From a virus (Duplodnaviria; Heunggongvirae; Uroviricota; Caudoviricetes), in IMG/VR virus record IMGVR_UViG_2636415906_000003, positions 1 to 32,747 of that record: a DNA stretch of 32,747 bases; one strand, given 5' to 3'. Positions 27,880 through 32,747 of this stretch are shown here, in pieces; position 1 is the first letter of the stretch; every line of letters starts with the position of its first letter. Both the position numbers and the translations under genes were made by a program. Under the pieces are notes generated by a model. The model saw only the letters and a program-made list of their open reading frames with translations, made no database searches and was not told the DNA's origin.

Positions 27880-28115
27880 CTAAGAATATCAGCCGCAACT
27901 TCTTTTACTCGTTCCGAGATTAATGAGGCAAGCCTCTCTTCTTCATCACGATACCCGCTTACAGGTGATGGTTTGGAGAGCGATTCTTCCATCGTAGCCA
28001 CAATTTCGGAATTGATAGACCTGTTATTCATTTTTGCACGTTGCTTAATCTTGGCGTGCAACTCGTGCGTAAGCCTCAAGTGGAACTGCGCCTCATCGTA
28101 TTTGCTGTACATCAT
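27858..28115 (-). CDS. Second Mnt-like ribbon-helix-helix repressor, divergent from the tailspike gene
   Basis: [17 protein letters not shown] matches P22 Mnt SKPSPVTGYRNDAERLA, with an RHH N-terminus ([10 protein letters not shown]). Start at ATG 28115 with a GGTGAGG SD. Confidence 0.7.
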   Translation of the reverse strand: MMYSKYDEAQFHLRLTHELHAKIKQRAKMNNRSINSEIVATMEESLSKPSPVSGYRDEEERLASLISERVKEVAADILRKEKTRD

Positions 28116-28247
28116 CAATGCCTCACCAAATGGGTGGAATGGCATCGTAAAACCTACTGTACAAATCAACAATCGTACCGTTTCGGTATGCAACAAATAC
28201 CAACCGTAGCCATGCTGCGGCCATTCCTTGTATCTGGAGCAAATCAA

Positions 28248-30254
28248 ATGACAGATTCAATAAATGCCAATGTTGTAGTGAGTATGCCTTCGCAACTCTT
28301 CACTATGGCTCGTTCTTTTAAAGCTGTAGCCAATGGCAAAATTTATATCGGTAAAATTGACACTGACCCGGTAAATCCTGAAAACCAGATTCAGGTTTAT
28401 GTAGAGAATGAAGACGGCTCTCACGTTCCTGTTTCGCAACCAATCATCATTAACGCTGCCGGATATCCGGTATATAACGGGCAGATTGCCAAGTTCGTAA
28501 CTGTGCAAGGCCATTCTATGGCTGTTTATGATGCATACGGTGCGCAGCAGTTCTATTTTCCGAATGTGCTGAAGTATGATCCTGATCAGTTATCTATAAA
28601 ACTATCAAGTAATATTGGATACAAATACATTGGAATGGTAGAGAGCGCTAACTCCCTTAAAGATATACAAGGAATGTCGATATCTGATAAATTATATTTA
28701 AAATCATACGTATCCGGACTCGAACTTGGTGGTGGGTTTGTTGTAGCTGTAGACAAGTCAATTGCAGTTGATAACGTAATGGTTTTAGAAGGTAACGGTG
28801 TAAATTGGAAGAGAATAAACCCAAGCCTTGAGTTTTCTGTATATGACGCTGGTTACAGCGGCGCTGGGGATATTGCATTATTTATTAATAAAATAAACTC
28901 TCTAGGTTATGATTGCGTTGTTCCATGTAGTGGAGAATTCTCGTCTTTAATTGATATTGATTTCGCGAAGGGTGGGTTAAGAGGATCGAATAAATGCGTT
29001 TTAACTGAGATTAATGGGATATCAGGTGATTATGCAATTAGGTTAAGCAACTCTAATATTTCTTATGAAAATAGGGATGAAATAAATGCAACATCAATTT
29101 TAGATGGCATATCTTTTAAGATGCTAGGATCTAAAAAGATTTTACTTGGAGGTATTGGCACTGGTGAATTATCAGAGTTAAGAATAAGTAATTCTTCATT
29201 CATATCATCTGCTGGAATTGAGTTTCTTGATAATTCATATAGAATTTTATTTGACAAAGTAACAATATCAAGATGTCTAAACAACACAATTATATTTAAT
29301 TCTCCATCAAACTCAGGCGAGGTAATGACATTTAATAATTGTTGGGTTGTTGATAATGGAGGTCCATTGACAATTAGAAATGGTCAATTTATTTTTAACT
29401 GTTGCTCTATGCCATCAGGTAAGAAAGAAGGTTATTTTGATTCTACTGTTTTTATTGAAGATAACGCAACCGTTGTTTACTCAAGTGGAAATATTGAGTT
29501 TCAGCCAGGTCAAAGCTTTGTGGCGTTCTCTGCATCTGGAAGCACAAGAATAAGCATTAAAGATACAACGCTACTTACTCCCTCTGGATATAGTTCAGTT
29601 CCGTTTGTTGTAAATGATGATTCAGTACTTTCATTAACAAATTGCTCATTGCCTTTATTTGACCAAATGGATTTGGCGACAGGATCAGCAACTAGACAGG
29701 TAGTTGGAGGTAATAGTAAAAAAATAATGTCATATGGATGCTATCCACGATCTGGATTTATAACAACTCAGTGGGATAAAGGGAACATAGTTAGTCCATA
29801 CATAAATTCGCTATCAAATGGAAGTGGACAGTTTTTAAACTACTCTAACTGGAGCCTTCAACAAACTGGTTCAGGTGTTGTTACAGCAGGAACGGATTCT
29901 GATGTTCCAAATGATATTATGTTTTCCAGGTCTTTGTATGTAGCAATACCATCTATAGGAGCATCTGCAAAATTTTATCAGGAGTGCTCAGACTGCTCAC
30001 CAGGACGATATTTCCAGTTAGGTTTTTGGGCTAAGAATCAAGTGACAACAATCTCTGGTATTGAGTTTTTTGATAAAGAAGGGAACTCTGTTCAGGGAAA
30101 AGCAACATTTACAATTCCACTAGGCTCCACATGGAATTTCTACGCATTAATAGATATTGTTCCTCCTGGAGCAAGCAAAGTTAGGATTGATTTTGATGTT
30201 TCCGGTGAAGCAGGCTCTCTTCATTTGCATAATGTTATTTATGGGCTGATTTGA
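28248..30254 (+). CDS. Tailspike protein: P22 gp9-like N-terminal head-binding domain fused to a divergent beta-helix receptor-binding domain
   Basis: First ~115 aa closely match P22 gp9 ([48 protein letters not shown]...), with no recognisable P22 similarity beyond about residue 120. The remainder is AT-rich and Asn/Ser/Gly-rich. Start at ATG 28248 after a GGAG SD. Confidence 0.85.
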   Translation: MTDSINANVVVSMPSQLFTMARSFKAVANGKIYIGKIDTDPVNPENQIQVYVENEDGSHVPVSQPIIINAAGYPVYNGQIAKFVTVQGHSMAVYDAYGAQQFYFPNVLKYDPDQLSIKLSSNIGYKYIGMVESANSLKDIQGMSISDKLYLKSYVSGLELGGGFVVAVDKSIAVDNVMVLEGNGVNWKRINPSLEFSVYDAGYSGAGDIALFINKINSLGYDCVVPCSGEFSSLIDIDFAKGGLRGSNKCVLTEINGISGDYAIRLSNSNISYENRDEINATSILDGISFKMLGSKKILLGGIGTGELSELRISNSSFISSAGIEFLDNSYRILFDKVTISRCLNNTIIFNSPSNSGEVMTFNNCWVVDNGGPLTIRNGQFIFNCCSMPSGKKEGYFDSTVFIEDNATVVYSSGNIEFQPGQSFVAFSASGSTRISIKDTTLLTPSGYSSVPFVVNDDSVLSLTNCSLPLFDQMDLATGSATRQVVGGNSKKIMSYGCYPRSGFITTQWDKGNIVSPYINSLSNGSGQFLNYSNWSLQQTGSGVVTAGTDSDVPNDIMFSRSLYVAIPSIGASAKFYQECSDCSPGRYFQLGFWAKNQVTTISGIEFFDKEGNSVQGKATFTIPLGSTWNFYALIDIVPPGASKVRIDFDVSGEAGSLHLHNVIYGLI

Positions 30255-30345
30255 AGATTTCACATCTAATGTGACCAAACTTAGACAAAACAAAGCCTTG
30301 TCTGGATTGCAAAGCTTTGTACTATCCGATAGTGGTTAAGGTTGG

Positions 30346-31503
30346 TCACTCCACCTTTTCATCAATCCAATCCGCCCACCATTGCATCATTTCTCTGCGC
30401 TTTTCTAGATACTGAGCATGGTTGTAAATCCCACGCACAGATCCGCCGTTGGCATGTGCCAGTTGCACTTCAATAGCGTCAGCAGGCCATTCGTGCTCGT
30501 TCATAATTGTGCTGAATTCATGCCTGAATCCGTGACCGCTTTCCAGACCCTCATAGCCGATTTGTTTGATCACAAGCAGCACCGCGTTCTCGCAGATCGG
30601 CTTCTTCTTATCGTTGCGCCCGGCAAAAACAAACTCTGATACTGGTTTGGTGATTGAGCTTAGCGTAGTGAGAAGTTCAACCACCTGGTCTGACATCGGG
30701 ACCACATGAATCTTGCGGCCCTTCATCACACTGGCGTCGATAGTGATAATCCTGTTTTCAAAATCGACGTTCTTCCATTGCATGGAGCGAAGTTCTTTTG
30801 TTCTGAGGGCTGTGTAGCGTAAAACTTTGGTTGCAATGAGCGATACGATACTTCCTGAAAATGTTGCCAGTGCTTTGTTGAATGCCGGGATCTGGTCTGC
30901 AGGAAGAAACGGGAAGTTCTTCTTGCGGTATCCCTTCATGGCGTCAGCAAGGTCAGGTGCTGGGTTATATTTAGCCCTGCCGGTGACAATAGCGTAACGG
31001 AAAACCTCGCCGCATCTTCTACGTGCTTTGTTGGCTCGCTCCATTGCACCGCGATCTTCAAATCTGCGGATTACTTCCAGCAGTTGTATCGGCTCAATAT
31101 CCTGAATTTCAAGGCCGCCGATGATAGGTAAAATGTCGTCATCAAACATTTTTGCAAGTTCAGTTGCATATCCTACTGACCAGACTTGCTTCTTGTGCTC
31201 GTACCATTCCTTGTAAATGGCACTAAAGGAATTGTTGTTAGACGAAGCCTTTTTCGCTTTTACCGGATCGATGCCAACCGAGATGTCTTTCCTCGCAGTC
31301 CATGCTTTATCCCTTGCCTCCTGCAAAGTCATTAGCGGATATTTTCCTACGGTCAGGATTTTCTCCTTACCGTCAATCTTGTAGCGAAGCTGCCATACCT
31401 TTTTCCCTGACACAGGGACATAAAGGTACAGGCCATTACCATCGAGTAGGCGGTATGGTTTTTCTTTCGGCTTGGCTGCTTCAATCTGCTTAACGGTGAG
31501 CAT
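30346..31503 (-). CDS. intS: Tyrosine integrase, IntS/P4-family
   Basis: Adjacent to tRNA argW; the 385-aa product from ATG 31503 (MLTVKQIEAAKPKEKPYRLLDGNGLY...) matches my memory of E. coli IntS. An in-frame ATG at 31539 would add 12 codons. Confidence 0.85.
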   Translation of the reverse strand: MLTVKQIEAAKPKEKPYRLLDGNGLYLYVPVSGKKVWQLRYKIDGKEKILTVGKYPLMTLQEARDKAWTARKDISVGIDPVKAKKASSNNNSFSAIYKEWYEHKKQVWSVGYATELAKMFDDDILPIIGGLEIQDIEPIQLLEVIRRFEDRGAMERANKARRRCGEVFRYAIVTGRAKYNPAPDLADAMKGYRKKNFPFLPADQIPAFNKALATFSGSIVSLIATKVLRYTALRTKELRSMQWKNVDFENRIITIDASVMKGRKIHVVPMSDQVVELLTTLSSITKPVSEFVFAGRNDKKKPICENAVLLVIKQIGYEGLESGHGFRHEFSTIMNEHEWPADAIEVQLAHANGGSVRGIYNHAQYLEKRREMMQWWADWIDEKVE

Positions 31504-31664
31504 GGGTAAAAATCCGGTGGGTAAAATTATTTTATCCACTTTTTACCCGTCATGGAGTGCGGCTGTCAACGATCTGACGCGAACCATTACGAACTGTGAA
31601 TCTACGGAAGGCTTGATATTCAGTGGATTTTGCGGACTGGTACGGATGGGAGCGAACTGATAAA

Positions 31665-31739
31665 TGGTGTCCCCTGCAGGAATCGAACCTGCAATTAGCC
31701 CTTAGGAGGGGCTCGTTATATCCATTTAACTAAGAGGAC
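31665..31739 (-). tRNA. argW: tRNA-Arg (anticodon CCU)
   Basis: Read from the minus strand: acceptor stem, D-arm, anticodon loop CUCCUAA (anticodon CCU), T-arm GGTTCGATTCC and a 3' CCA; 75 nt. Confidence 0.9.
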
Positions 31740-31814
31740 AATGCGGCATGAGTATACCCGCTAATGGAGTGCGGGGTAAGTACGCTGCCGCTCGATTGCT
31801 TAAACCCTCGCCAT

Positions 31815-32747
31815 TTATGCCGGGTTTTTATCATTTTTCTTAATGTTTTCCGCACGTTCTGCTTTTTGGCGTGCTTCTGCTTTACGCTTGTTGCTCATGT
31901 CGTTACGAATCTGTGCATGACTCATTAACGCGAAGATAAAGGTGCCGCCGCAGATGTTCCCCGCTAAAGTAGGTAGTGCGAAGGGCCAGATGAAATCGCT
32001 CCAGTGCAGCGTACCGTTAAACACCAGATAGAGGATTTCAACAGAACCGACCACGATATGGGTGGTGTCACCCAGGGCAATAAGCCAGGTCATCAATATA
32101 ATCACCACAATCTTTGCCGCACCTGCTGCAGGAAACATCCATACCATAGTGGCGATCAGCCAGCCGGAAATGATCGCGTTGGCAAACATCTCGCTGGGGG
32201 TGTTCTTCATCACATCCATGCCGATTTTGACAAATGCATCGCGAGTTTCTTCATTGAAGATAGGCATATATTCAAATGCCCATGCAGCAATACCTGTCCC
32301 GAGAATATTACCCAGCAGCACGACGCCCCATAATCGCATAAGTAAGCCGACGTTGCTCATTGTCGGTTTTTGCATGACGGGTAGTACCGCAGTCACGGTG
32401 TTTTCGGTAAATAATTGCTGGCGGGCCATAATGACGATAATAAAACCAAAGGTATAACCGAGATTCTCCAGTAAGAAGCTGCCCGGCACACCTTCCAGTT
32501 CGACATGAAATATCCCTTTTGCCAGTAACGAAGCGCCCATCGACAGACCCGCCGCAATGGCTGACCACAGTAGCGCCATTGCGTCGCGTTCCAGCTCTTT
32601 TTCACCATCCTGGCGGATATGCTCATGAATTGCCATCGCCCGGGAGGGGAGTCGGTCTTCATCTATTTCTATTTTTTTGCCGCGCTCTTTTTCTTCGCTC
32701 TCAACTTCAATTTCGTCGCTGTGTTGATCAATTTTGTCGTTGTCCAT
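31815..32747 (-). CDS. yfdC: Inner membrane protein YfdC (formate/nitrite transporter family)
   Basis: 310-aa polytopic membrane ORF next to argW, matching my memory of E. coli YfdC. Its start codon is the last three bases of the window. Confidence 0.8.
   Translation of the reverse strand: MDNDKIDQHSDEIEVESEEKERGKKIEIDEDRLPSRAMAIHEHIRQDGEKELERDAMALLWSAIAAGLSMGASLLAKGIFHVELEGVPGSFLLENLGYTFGFIIVIMARQQLFTENTVTAVLPVMQKPTMSNVGLLMRLWGVVLLGNILGTGIAAWAFEYMPIFNEETRDAFVKIGMDVMKNTPSEMFANAIISGWLIATMVWMFPAAGAAKIVVIILMTWLIALGDTTHIVVGSVEILYLVFNGTLHWSDFIWPFALPTLAGNICGGTFIFALMSHAQIRNDMSNKRKAEARQKAERAENIKKNDKNPA

Noticed and set aside
28041-28247. Upstream extension of the tailspike ORF (track start 28041)
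   Set aside because: The extension overlaps the mnt-like gene on the other strand and the divergent promoter region; ATG 28248 has a GGAG site and begins exactly where P22 gp9 homology starts.
32004-32568. Plus-strand ORFs (32004..32333, 32062..32457) and a minus-strand alternative frame (32308..32568) within yfdC
   Set aside because: They overlap the yfdC membrane-protein frame, which reads cleanly over its full length.
1-32747. CRISPR arrays, insertion sequences, transposase genes, rRNA genes
   Set aside because: I saw no spacer-repeat arrays, no terminal inverted repeats bracketing a transposase-like ORF, and no rRNA-like sequence; the only RNA gene found is argW.

Overview
This 32.7-kb window is an Escherichia/Shigella-like chromosomal segment carrying a roughly 30.4-kb P22-like lambdoid prophage integrated at the tRNA-Arg(CCU) gene argW. 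All calls rest on reading the supplied ORF translations and the sequence by eye, with protein identities from remembered family sequences; no search or computation was run. Layout, left to right: the 3' end of a LacY-family permease (probably cscB); a 15-bp att core copy (1312..1326); the prophage; argW (31665..31739, minus strand); yfdC. The prophage has a leftward early operon (N, a small acidic ORF, tL1-like terminator, cIII, kil, Rad52-like annealing protein, SSB, HNH nuclease, several unknown ORFs, ending with a TorI/AlpA-like excisionase), a P22 immC region (c2-type repressor, cro, c1/cII-like, with operator and nutL/nutR sites), replication genes (O-like with internal iterons, DnaB-like helicase), a nin region (ninB, Dam methylase, ninE, ninF), P22-type virion genes (scaffold, coat, gp4, gp10, gp26, gp14, gp7, gp20, gp16), an immI-like region (sieA-position membrane protein, two Mnt-like and one Arc-like repressors, two antirepressor-like proteins), a mosaic tailspike and an IntS-like integrase. 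The main finding is that the prophage looks defective: directly after ninF a 34-codon gene stub runs into the C-terminal ~400 codons of the portal gene, and no late antiterminator, lysis or terminase genes are present anywhere in the window. Other points of interest are a tRNA 3'-end homology split around the excisionase gene, an AT-rich HNH endonuclease inserted between gp10 and gp26, a tailspike with a swapped receptor-binding domain, and a possibly frameshifted membrane protein at the sieA position. I did not find a clearly novel system; the best candidates for uncharacterised cargo are the sieA-position membrane protein and the unknown ORFs at the left end.
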